DNA of 64,000 nucleotides from Ylistrum balloti (taxonomy: Eukaryota), in NCBI RefSeq assembly GCF_031769215.1, contig NW_026782116.1, forward strand, positions 372,001-436,000. Direction: 5' to 3'. Position numbers and translations under genes: made by a program. The stretch's first letter is position 1. Each line of letters starts with the position of its first letter. Positions 1-12,400 of this stretch are shown piece after piece. The notes beneath the pieces were generated by a model. That model was not told the DNA's origin. It ran no database searches and saw nothing but the letters and a program-made list of their open reading frames with translations.

Positions 1-174
1 GACAAGTAGGTCATTACAAGGATGGCATACAATTTATCAAGAAAAAAGACCTGAAGGGATTCAACAGAAAAAATAAACGATGAAGGAGATAATCTGACTT
101 TATTGTATTTTTCTAATTTAAGCAATTTTCATTAATAGATATCTTTTAATAAACATGATGAATGGTTTCAAATA

Positions 175-1030
175 AAAAACAATATGACCGAGGGCTCACA
201 TATATATCCCAACATACCATCAGTTTTTTCTTCTGATCTAAATGTTTTGAGGGGTTAATCTTTTAAAGGGTTCATGAGATATCTTTTACAAAAGCTGTTT
301 ATTTCAAAAATGGTCAAGAGTGACCTTTGACCTTGAATGAAATTGACAGAGATTTCAAAAATCATCTTCTCAACCACCTGATGTGGTAGAATAAAATGAT
401 CTGTTTGAATGGAATCATGAAAGGTAATTTATTTATCAAAATGGGTCTCATATTTTTTTCTGGGGAGGAAGTGTTCTTAACATTTACTATAATATTACAT
501 TACATATTACATTGGTTATTTCCCACTGGAAGTAACTTTTTAAGAATTATTTGCACAGGATGACAGTTTTGGTGGTATGCATGTATTGACACCAGCTTAC
601 TTCATTCAGTGTCACAATTTCTGTTTCATGATACTTGATAACTACCCTTTGACCTTTATATTCAGTATTGCTTGTCTCAATAGTGACTGTCAAGGCTGCT
701 AGGCCTCTTGTTTTTAAAAGTGGTCAAGGGTGATATTTGACCTTTAACCTTGACTGGACTGATGACCATTAAGATCTTATAAGGTGTAGACCTTGGTGGG
801 GTAAAGCACTGGTGTGGATATGAAGTAAAAGGTGGCTAAGGATGACCATACACTTTAACCTGAGCCTAGTAGTAAAATCTCATCAGGTGTAGACCTTGGT
901 TAGGTAAAGCTATGGCATAAGTAGGATCTAAATCTGACCATGAGTTCATGAGATATTTTGTACACTACACAAGTTTATAATGGGGCACAGACAAAGTGAT
1001 CAATATACCAATATATTATTTCACCAGTTT
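175..1030 (+). mobile_element. Helentron-associated (HINE-like) bivalve repeat, degenerate
   Basis: Repeated (t)gacctttgacct(tg) motifs and a gacaaagtgatcaata end block, typical of bivalve HINE-type elements as I recall them. Confidence 0.45.
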
Positions 1031-1514
1031 CCAGTCGTTTCCTTGCTAACAGTATTCCTAATAATGCTGCCCTTTATCTTTTGTGTACCATACTTCATCT
1101 CTTGCTTTATCCTTCACCAATGGCATCAAATCATTGTTTATAGTGCAAGTCGCCTCTGGCTCCTCCACATTTCGGTGGACAGATGTCTGGTGTGTTGCCT
1201 CCATACCAAATATCTACTTGTCAGTGTGTCTTAAGGTTGGTGTAGGAGTTGGAGGAAACACGTGCATCATGCTACCCAGGTATTGATGATATAATCTGGG
1301 CTTCTTCCCAATAAGATGATTTTCGTGCAAGATGACCGACATACTCAAAACACACTGGGTTCCACGAGACCCAGGTTGTTAGGAATTATAGGGAAGTTTA
1401 AAGGTTGTCATAGCGATTTCATTGAAAAAAAAATCATTTCTTTGTGCAATATGAAGCTAACGTGCTTATTGCTCCTTAGTTTGCCTGTTCGTTCTGCTGT
1501 TACGTACATTTGAA

Positions 1515-1680
1515 AACGTGTCGTCAAGGAAGCAGAAGATGCTTACTCATCTGGAACACCCTGTCTTCATCTTATTCATTTCTTATGAGTATCCTTACAA
1601 ATCTTTCTTTTGTTCATAATTTGCCTTAGTTATATTGAATTTGAGTTTGGATTATGGTAGTTCACATGTTGGTATTTTGA
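1515..1680 (+). mobile_element. 3' terminal segment of a Penelope-like element family (copy)
   Basis: gaagcagaagatgcttactcatctggaacacc…gagtttggattatg aligns by eye with 16110-16420 (reverse complement), 23560-23715 and 43030-43270. Confidence 0.6.
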
Positions 1681-3332
1681 TGTTTTTCTGTTCCATTTGC
1701 TTTGATTTTCTCAACTTTCACTTCTACCCTAGCTAATAGCAGCCCGTCTTTTTTTCTTTTTCTTTTTCCATTTTTTTCTGTTTCAAATTGTCCCACTTTG
1801 TATGTCTGAATATTGACTGTTCTACAATAAAACCTCATTAAATAAAGCTCTTTAGAACTGTCTTGGAACATTATTCCAAGTGTTAGTTTCTTATTAGCTT
1901 TGGTAAGAAATCAAAGCCAATCCATGCACATAATTCATATTTGTGCTTTGGAAGGAAGATGATTGATGGGTTCTACAAATGGATGCTATATGTTATATTA
2001 AACACTTTTTGTGGTTAATGAATCCATTGAACATCGAAGGACTGAAAGTTACCAGCAGAGCTTACATCCAAATATTCGAATAGCATGTATAAAATGCATT
2101 CAATTTCTCCGTATAAGAGTGAAGCTGAATATCAGAACTAAATTGTATCTAAACTGCCATCGCCTTGTTTGAAAATATACTGAAATGTTTGTCTGAAAAA
2201 GAATGAAAATCATATGTTATGGGTACATATAAAGGAAATCACTCCGGAATTTAATATTTTCCTTTTTTTCTTTTTTTTAATTGTGTTATATATGTGGTGG
2301 GTAATATCCTAGAAATCGATTTTTTTATCTGATATTGTTGAGATTTTCACACCTCTAGGGGGGTATTTGCTCCAAGACTTCCATCACAGATTCCATTTTT
2401 TTTTTTGTATGCGAATTGCAAAATAAGTTATATATTTAAGTTATTTAAATTGAGATTAAATCCTTTAGTATGCTCCATTAATCGATATGAAATACTCAAC
2501 ACCAACCAACATCGGTGCTTAATACCAAAAACATTTTTAAAAATCGCCCCAACCCGCTGTGTCTACATCAGGAAAGTGTAGACACGCGGTATATTTCCTT
2601 GTTACAGTATAACTTCCAGGTACATGTGAATTTATGATAACACAACCCAATATGAATAAGTAAAGAGAAAAGACTTTTTATTTGATAACAAATATATACA
2701 TGTATGTAGCATTAAATATTTAATTGATAAAGGAAATCAACAGCAACACTTGTAGCGATAAACAGCAACACTTATAACAATAAACCTCAACACTTATAAC
2801 GATAAACAGGGGGTTTAAGAAACAGCAACAAAATTGTAACTTTATCAACAATAAATGAAAACACGCAAGTTATTAACAAATAAAAATGATTTATAGGATG
2901 TTTTATTTAAATGAATTACTTCCCTTTAAGCGTGTATAATGTCACTATCTTTAGAGTCCAAAATAATGACTATTTTTAGAAGGTTATCATTATTTATAGT
3001 ACTACCTTTTTAACTGTACAAAACATTCAGCAAATTTTTACATGGAAAATTGATATTTTTACAATGTAATTTTAACAGTATATATCTCGAAAATTTGATA
3101 AGTGTAACTGTATATGAATATACATATATATATGTATATGAATGATCATAGAAAGCAATAAAATACCATCAAGTGTTAGATATATAAAGTGTATTTCTCT
3201 ACACTTTTCTTCAGAATTGTTTGTTATTAATCGGAAAAGATATATAACCAAAATAAAGACAAACAGGTCAATAGCACCTTTTGACACAAATTTAGATTTA
3301 GCTACAGCAGAGCCAAATAATGAATTAAAATT

Positions 3333-3556
3333 CATTATAAAGCTGTTTCATCCTTCTATGACTCGTCAGTGATGCTACATCATAAAGCTGTTTCATCCTT
3401 CTATGACTCGTCAGTGATGCTACATCATAAAGTTGTTTCATCCTTCAATGACTCGTCAGTGATGCTACATCATAAAGCTGTTTCATCCTTCTATGACTCG
3501 TCAGTGATGCTACATCATAAAGTTGTTTCATCCTTCTATGACTCGTCAGTGATGCT
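3333..3556 (-). ncRNA. Head-to-tail array of five minimal type-I hammerhead-ribozyme-like units (45-bp monomer)
   Basis: Minus-strand monomer GCAUCA-CUGACGA-GUC(AUAGAAG)GAU-GAAA-CAGCU-UUA-UGAUG; cores at 3363, 3408, 3453, 3498 and 3543 (plus-strand TCGTCAG). Confidence 0.7.
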
Positions 3557-4419
3557 AAGAACCTAAATTTTCAGGCCAGGAGACGACTGAGGAAAATCGA
3601 AAAAGTGAGTCTAAACCTAAATAAGGAGATGCACTAGACCAATAGTTCAATAAATTTTGTAATTTTCATATATCTCACAATTCATGCAGTACTTGTGTGT
3701 AACGAAGAACAAAGAAAGAGGAAAAGAAACCATAATATAGTAAGGTTAATATATTTATACAGACGCAGTGTACCAACATAAATGTAAATGATTTGCAAAA
3801 CAATTGAACCAGGTGGTTAGAACAGCATATTGATAATTAAATACAATATGCAATGAACAGACATGAAATACATGTAATCTTAAATGCGATGAGTAAAAAA
3901 TGTTTTATTCTACATGGTGCCAAAAATAAATAGAATTTAATAGATACGTACAAAAACATGTAGTGAATGCAAAAGGTAAATACAGGTGACATATTCTTTA
4001 ACTTAATAGGGAAGGTTAAATATGGTGAAAACATATTAGTTTGAGTAGAACGTTATATGAATATAGGATTGAAGACTGAATCACAAAGCATATAAGTAAT
4101 GTTGACATATAGTCATAACTATCACTGTTCTATATATAGAGATATAATATTTACATATTTATCACAGGAGTTATATGTAACATCACACTCATATTTTGTA
4201 CAATGCTGTATAGATACAGAATACTGCAACAGGTAGGACGGGATGGCACGTCTAATCACACGGAGACGATAGCCTTGATTGAACATGAAAATAAGTATAT
4301 AGAAAGATTTACCGACTTGGAGCAGGCTTTTAGGGTTTCTCCATTTCCCTTTTCCTACGCTTAAACTGCTTTTGTAACGTTAACGTAATACGAAGTGAAA
4401 CAGACGAAGAACTTTCCAT

Positions 4420-4800
4420 AAGATGGAATTGTGAAGTGTAAAACTAAGTTTTTCCACATTTAAAATTTTCAACTTTTACCATTGGATTTCCTCAAAGAGT
4501 TAATAGCATGGAAACTACAAAAATAAACACATGAATTACGTTTTATAAAGTCTTACAGTCCAAAATTTGAATGATCAATTATTAATTCCATTCATAGTAT
4601 CAAAGTTTTAACAATAATTTTCAATTCGCAAAATGGTTGTTACAGATTATTGAGCTTTGATAATTTGGCATTCATAGTCAATATAAATTCCAAACGGGAA
4701 CTAACACAAATTCAGTATATGTAAATATAGCTATGAAAGCCAACCGAAACAGATCAATGAACATTCAAATAAACATAACCTGTTTTAGAAAGTGAACATC
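4420..4800 (+). pseudogene. Degenerate Penelope-like reverse transcriptase fragment
   Basis: Frameshifted remnants of F(D)FST, IP(M)GTN and YSYES in the order expected for PLE RT (TYDFSTLY…GIPMGTNCAP…LYSYE). Confidence 0.45.
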
Positions 4801-5604
4801 ACATAACTTTGTACACGTAAAAAGAATGTCATTACATGCGGTAAGTCTATGGACCTTGATTTGCAAATAAATCGACAAAAATAATATTTGTAAGAATACA
4901 TGTGTAAATCTACAGATAAAAACTCAGGTTGTTATGTTATGATGTCCAACAATATGTCTTGGAGTAAACTTTTTTTTTTTTGCAACATTTTGTTTTCATT
5001 GTATCGTCAAGCTACTTAATAATACACACTTCCTCTGGACTAATGATAACTATATAGCGAGTTTTTAAGATACACATGCCGATTCTATATACTTTTTCCC
5101 GTAAGCGATAATAATAAAAATAAATGAATCAATATTGTTAATCCAAAGCTAACCATCACCATCTCTGTCATAAAATACATCGTTACACATGGAAATAACC
5201 CATGCATGTCCTATTTTCATTACTATATGTACAATATAATATCACTTAATTTATTCAAGATATGTGTCAGTAAAAATCCAGTATTTCAAATTATGCATCA
5301 TTTTGAAGTAAAACGACGCGACAATATCATGAAATGAAACACCACGCGAACAATAAAAAAACAATGAAATCACAGTAACAATGATGATTAATGACCTCTA
5401 AAAATCTACTTTGTAAGCAATATTTGACTTTTCTGTATCCATAATGAGTAAATCATTATCAGACCTGGATAAGGTCACAACCTTTGGGACAAGACGTTTA
5501 AGTATCTATTACATATAACTTGTATTTCTTTACTTGTTTTTTTTCTGTACAACTAAGTAAGTTAGGCGATGAACTTTTAATGTCCACAATGTCAACAAGA
5601 CACA

Positions 5605-6205
5605 TATTGATATATCTAGACTAAACACAGATTAAAATGTCCAGACTAAACACAGATTGAAATGAACTTTTGAAATGTCTAAACACAATGTCTAAACAGA
5701 TTGATATACACATATTGAAATGTCCAGACTAAACACAGATTGATATATCCAGACTAAACACAGATTGAAATGTCCAGACTAAACACAGATTGAAATGTCC
5801 AGACTAAACACAGATTGAAATGTCCAGACTAAACACAGATTGAAATGTCCAGACTAAACACAGATTGAAATGTCCAGACTAAACACAGATTGATATATCC
5901 AGACTAAACACAGATTGATATATCCAGACTAAACACAGATTGATATGTCCAGACTAAACACAGATTGAAATGTCCAGACTAAACACAGATTGATATATCC
6001 AGACTACACACAGATTGATATATCCAGACTAAACACAGATTGAAATGTCCAGACTAAACAAAGATAATATATCAAGACTTAACACAGATAGATATATCTA
6101 GACTAAACACAGATAAATATATATAGACTAAACACAGATTGGTATATCCAGACTTAACACAGATTGGTATATCCAGACTAAACACACTGATATATTCAGA
6201 CAAGA
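5605..6205. repeat. Minisatellite, 25-bp unit agactaaacacagattgaaatgtcc, about 22 copies
   Basis: Direct 25-bp periodicity. Confidence 0.95.
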
Positions 6206-6250
6206 CACAGATTGATAAATCCAACACGTAACTTTGAAACTCTTCAAAGT

Positions 6251-6483
6251 CTACTTGAGCCATTTCGTAAAACTATTGTCTTTCTTCTTGCCCATCAATT
6301 CTTGTGCTCCCTCTGTTTTCATCCATTCCTCTGTGATTCTGACGGCATCCTCAGCATTGGTGACCTTCTCTACACTGTACTTCTCCTTGGCGGGCAGATA
6401 AATAAAGCCCTGTCTCTCTAATTTAGCCTGTATGACTACTCTTAGGCAAGTCTTAATGTCTGTCGCGTCCAGCTCCTCCTCGT
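6251..6483 (-). CDS. IQCM: IQCM-like terminal coding exon (DEEELDATDIKTCLRVVIQAKLERQ...KWLK*)
   Basis: gtttcag| phase-1 acceptor inside ORF 6251-6547. The segment resembles recalled IQCM ALKRANIRVVGKLVARSIRERK. Minus-strand AATAAA at 5250-5255. Confidence 0.75.
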
Positions 6484-9400
6484 CTGAAACATCATGTTCA
6501 TGGTAAGGACAATTATATACATCATGTATTACGGCTGAGGTTCTCACATTTTACATGTACTTAATTATTTTTACAATATCAGAAAACTTTATAACGTAGT
6601 AAGTTAATTATGCATTGATGTGCAATAGGATAACATTAATTTCCTTTCAAAAACTTTTTGGGAGCTCTTTAACAATAGAATCTATAAATATAAACAAGCA
6701 TAGCCGTCTGCCTGTAGACATTGTTTAAGTTGTATTTGTCGATTTATTTCCAAAACTGTTATCTTACATTGGATAAATATTGTAAGTATTAAAAAACATT
6801 TCTAAAATTAAACGATGGATAAATTCAATAATAGGTAAAAGAGAATTATAAGAGAATAGTTTTATCAAGCAAGCCAGCATATATCAATATAGAGAATTTA
6901 AGGCACTTTGTATGTATCAGTCACCAACAAAGTACTCTATGACTATACATCATTTCGGCTGAATATATCACCGACCAATCAAATATCCATCTACTGCCTG
7001 ATGTAGGTATCGACTTCCTGTTTTGCAGGGGAGCACCAAGATTCATTTTTGAAAGCTGTTGTAAATTTTTGCTCACATTAAATGATATAACAAATTGCCT
7101 TTACATTTTATATGAAGAATTTTATCAAAATCAAGCCACTAATGGGCTTAGTTCATTTTCATAAGGGAAACTATGTTGCGAGTTGATTTGGTTCTAAACT
7201 TCTATATGATACTTAAAGTTGTGATAAATGATATTTCTTTTAATCATGAACAACTACTGAAAAATAAAATACTTTGTAGAATTGTGTGCTTGAATATCTT
7301 CAGTATTGTCAGATTCCATTACCAAGTGCCATGTTTTACGAACCAGTGTTGAGAAAAGGAAAAATGATAATTTCCAACAATTCAAAGAAAAGAGCTTTAT
7401 TACTAAAATTACTCTCTTTTCCGTTTGTAATTGGTGCTAATTCACACAAGTTGACCAATCAACAACATTGAACTCATTTAATTTCTCGCGATATGGAAGA
7501 CTCTTAAACTGATGGTTAAACATCACTATAGAATAAGTTAATAGCAGTATCACAATGTAGTGTTCATAGTGTTGGGTCTGTATCATGATAAAAATACCAA
7601 GGCTGTGATATAGACACTGTGAATAATACATTCTAAACTATAACCAACGACTGTGATTAGTCTACGTAAGCGACAATATATCGGGTGCGTGATTTCGTTA
7701 TATCATATACTGGTGAGAAAGATGTGCAAATGGTGCATTGAAAAGAGACCTCGATTAAAGAATTTCAAAACTTGTCTGTTAAGCTTAAAATGACTTCTCT
7801 TCTCACTGTTACTCAAAGCATATCTGACAGCAATATATCGGATTCTTTTGCAAACTCAGAATTTGAGGTATTCGGATTATTTTTTTCATTCTCAGGAAAA
7901 TTAAGTAAATAATGTTTTGCTTATTATTTTTCAATATTGATCTATATCGTTTCTCTGAATCTAGTGTCTACTCAAATTACTAGGAGAGATAATTTAGTGT
8001 CTCACACATACCAAGTATGGATTGAGCGTTGGCCTCTTGGCCATCAACGATTGGATGTATCCAGCGAGACTTCCGGGTGATGTGAGCTGCAGGGGGTGGA
8101 TAGATGGTCCACAACATCTCCATAACATCCTTCTTATATAAGGGCTGGCACTTACCCTTCAGAGTCCCGTCCCGGCCCGCCGCTACAACACCACAAGTAG
8201 ACGGCCTGTCTTAATACAACTCCCACAACTAACCTACATGCATACCGACTTTGCTTCGTGCCAATTTTTTAATACTACAATAACGCATCTATAAATGTTG
8301 ATAAGGTATATGAACGATGTTTTTTTTCAAAACCATATGCTTATATGTAATTGTTTGAGTCGTCTGAAATGTTTATGCAATGAATAAAGCTTCTTACTTC
8401 TTACCTTTACACATACACATGCCTTCTCTACAGAACCTCCCACATTGAACCATTCTTACACTTCAAAGATTCTAACTATCGTCTCATGGCAACTATCAAA
8501 GCGATACCATTCCCGGTATTTATATGTACCAATGTGAGCTTCAATGTCTACCCCATACAGAACCGGTTAATTCGACTGTTGTGATGGTGTTAAAGGTAAG
8601 TCATTCGACTCTGGACGTCTCTCGTTATATTCTTTGCTTTGTGCCAGACTTCTTACTGTGTCGTCGATGAAGCCAGATATTCTACCTCTTGCGAAACATC
8701 TGTTTTTTTCCATGCATTTTTCATTTGTTGATATTATCAAAATATTTAATTTATCATTTATGGATAGAATTACGATTTTTCTATTACACTAAAAACTACC
8801 TGTATTGGAGACAGTTTTAAGGTGACATATCCCTATTTCGAGAAAAATACGTCAAACGTTGTAAATCAGGAGATCTTTTGTCAAGAAAGTATTTTCTATC
8901 CCCAGAAATTAGATACTTAAAGCGAATACTGATGAAAGTCTGTTATAAAAAGATAATGTAGAGAGAAATCGCTAATTAGATGAAGGGGTATTCAATATAA
9001 TTACGTAATTAAGAGGTCGGTTGTGAATGCATAGTGAGATACATGTACCAAAAGCTCGGCTATAAAGGAAAACAATATGTTAATTCTCTCATAATATCAG
9101 GGCGATTGCAGGTATTCATTATGTACTAAAAGGTTTAGTTAGTAAATGTTCGCCATTATCAGATTACTGTGTTGAGCAAACTTATTTGTTTATAGAATTG
9201 ACAACGTCCTTATTATTATAAGAGAAACATATTGTTGATAACGTTAGAAAAGCGTGATGGGAAGAGTCGGTGAGATTCGTACTGGAGGTGTAGAAGAGTT
9301 TAGATGATACATCGCACATAAGGTCTGATGATAGCGTTCTCAAGTACCCGATTTCACACCCAGGAGGGGGATACAGTGTCCAAGCTACCTCCAAAACCTC

Positions 9401-12400
9401 CGATTTGTAGAGGCCCATGTCTCTGATCCGAGGGAGGATTTGCTGACAGAGGATGCAAGCGGCTTAAAAAGTACAACCATCTTTATCTATCAGAATTTAT
9501 CATACTAAGAACAGTATCTTTCTATACTGGATTATGCAGCTAAACAACTATACCTACAAGATTTTACATCAAAATGATCTCCCATACACATTCAAGTGCC
9601 ACACGACTCGGAAAAAACCTTACTGTACTCCCATATACCACATTGTTATTCAACTTAACTGATATTGAAACTTATTTTAAATGTATTCAATTTGATTACA
9701 TTGGAGTTCTCTAAGGAATCATGTTGTATATTGAGGACGTAAAGAGTCAGTAAATTGGTACCTCACCTAAACACGTTTTCTTTGCCAACTTTTCCTTGAT
9801 CGTCTTTAAGGCGTTGTAGTCAGCAACTGTGAACACGTTTTCGTTTGACGATGCGATGGCCTCCAGCTCGTCCTTGTCATAACCATCTCCCACACCTTTT
9901 GTAGGTAAAAACATAAACTTAAATCAGAGGATGAATCTTTAAAGAAAACAGCCTATTTTTAATTTCCCCATAAGACTTCAGAAATCTGGATAACTTGACC
10001 TCTATCCTTTCATTGAGAATTTAACCCTTCATTCTCTGTTTGACGATATCTGAAATAAAGGTCTATATTATGATTCGTATATACTAATGTTGACAGCTAC
10101 TGGAACATTCATATTTAAAGTCACAGGAGGTATTGTTTGTCATTGAAACATGTCGCTTTTTTATGTAATTGTAGTCGTATTATCGGAAATGGACTATTGG
10201 AAATCCTATGAAAGTCGCTACTGGTTGTATTTTAAATGTATAGTAATTGCAACAGCCAAAACATGCAATGGCAGGTAAAAGTATTGTCTTGACATCACTT
10301 CATTGACCGTTTAATAAGTCACCTTGACCACACGTTAAATCATAGTGTATCACAATGTAAGCTAAATGATGCTACTTGCCAATGGAGAACACGGTGATGT
10401 TTTCATTGTGCGCTGCCTGGGCGGCTAGTCGGGTGTGATCGGGATTGGATGATCGCCCATCTGTAATCACTATTCCTATTCTCTGTACACCAGGTCTTGC
10501 AGACTGAATGGCATATTCATGGCATTTCTCATTAATTGTCTGATACATAAAATTTCCAACACAGCTTACTAAGGTATACATCTATTATGATAGCTTTATG
10601 GTTACTTAATATTCAATACTTTTTTCTCAACAATGTTCGTCTTCCTCTTGTAAGAAGGTAATTCTCAAACTCGGTATGATTACTTTATTTATATCATTCG
10701 TTTGCATTCGCTGTATATTCAATTGTCTTTGTACTATGATTCCAAATAACTATTAATCTTGTCGTAATTGTGTGAAACTCACCAACATCATATGGGACAT
10801 TTTTTTCAAGGCTAAATCTGTTCGTGTTACTCCGCTCCTGGGTTCCAGTTCATCTAAAATTATAGTTGATCAGTGAATGTTTATTTGTGCCCTTATATAG
10901 AATACATAACTTTCTTCGGTAAATACCGGCGTCACTAATACATGTTCACGGTGTGATAATCCATTCGGATATCTTAGATACCAATGACAGGTTGAGTATA
11001 ATACAGATAACTAAATAGACGCACTCTTCAAACTGAAGCATGCTGCTTCATATATTACAATTTCCTCGCAAAAAAAAAAAAAAAAAAAAAAATCACCCTA
11101 AATAGGATGCTGAATATCTTGGTATAAATATATTTATAATAATAAAGCTGAACGATTATGGAATTATTGGTTATATAAATCCTTAAATGGGACGACCAGT
11201 AAATAGGCTCATTGCCTCAATTTAAAGTCATATCTCTCTATATATAATCTTGTCAAAGCATTGTTAATTAAGTGCCTGGAATTTGAATAAAACCATAACA
11301 AAGTAATCGTTAGGCATACCTATAGCACAAAGTACCCCTCGCTTAGATGGATGCTTTGTGAACCCGAATGAATTGTAGATTGCGTCGTTGTAAGGTATAA
11401 CGCCAACTCGGATACGTTCTGGTCCTACGTCAAATGACGACACGACATCTTTAACAAATGTAGTCAGAAACCGGAAGCCACAAGTTCCAATGCTAGATGA
11501 AGAGTCTAAGACAAAAACTACTTCCGCAGTGGTCCCAGAGACTACAAAATAAGTTGGACGGTTAGTTCGGAGATCCGTTTTAGTTAGATATGTTACATTA
11601 TGACAAGAATGTTACAAAACGACGTGGTACATCGCAATAAGCGACGGGACGGACAATGAGTTAAAACATAAGCATTTAGGGTTTCAGCAAAAGCACACTC
11701 ATTGGATAAAAAAGATCGATATTCTATTCATTTAAATGAGGGTTAGAAACTTTGCCGGTATGTAAGACAAAATAGTTCTAATCGCCAAGGTTACAAATGA
11801 TAAGATTTAAGATTCGGGGATAGATTGTCATGTGTTGAAAACTGTTAAGCATTTTTAAAATGATATATTTCAACGAAAGAGTCTGTGATAATACCTACCT
11901 CTAAAAACACTGTCAAATGATTTTGAGAGCTCATTGCTAGTGGGTGATAGCTTGCAAGTATTGAAAAAGGTCACTAAATCTTGCTTCATTAATTTCGACC
12001 CATATGCTGTCTCGTCAAATGCTCTTTCATATTCTGTAACAAATTATGTGATAAAATATGTTATATATTAAATTCATAGTATCATGCCGTCATCAGTTTG
12101 TAAGTAAATAGAAAATGCTTTATTCAGCACGAGAAAAGTTTTAAAACTTGACTTACTAAATTTTTGGTCCATGAATTCTTCTATTTCCGTGAGGTTGATG
12201 CCACATTGACCCTTAAGTTCACCATACCTGGCCTGAATCCTAATAATCAACTCCTTGTACTCTGTAACAAACTTCTGCCAGGGTGTCCCGTGTTCAAGCA
12301 CCGCCTATCACGGAAATATCACACTCCATTATACTTATATAAAAAAGGTGTTCCCACTCTATTTTTACTTATATCTTTGTATATGAACTAATGCAATACA

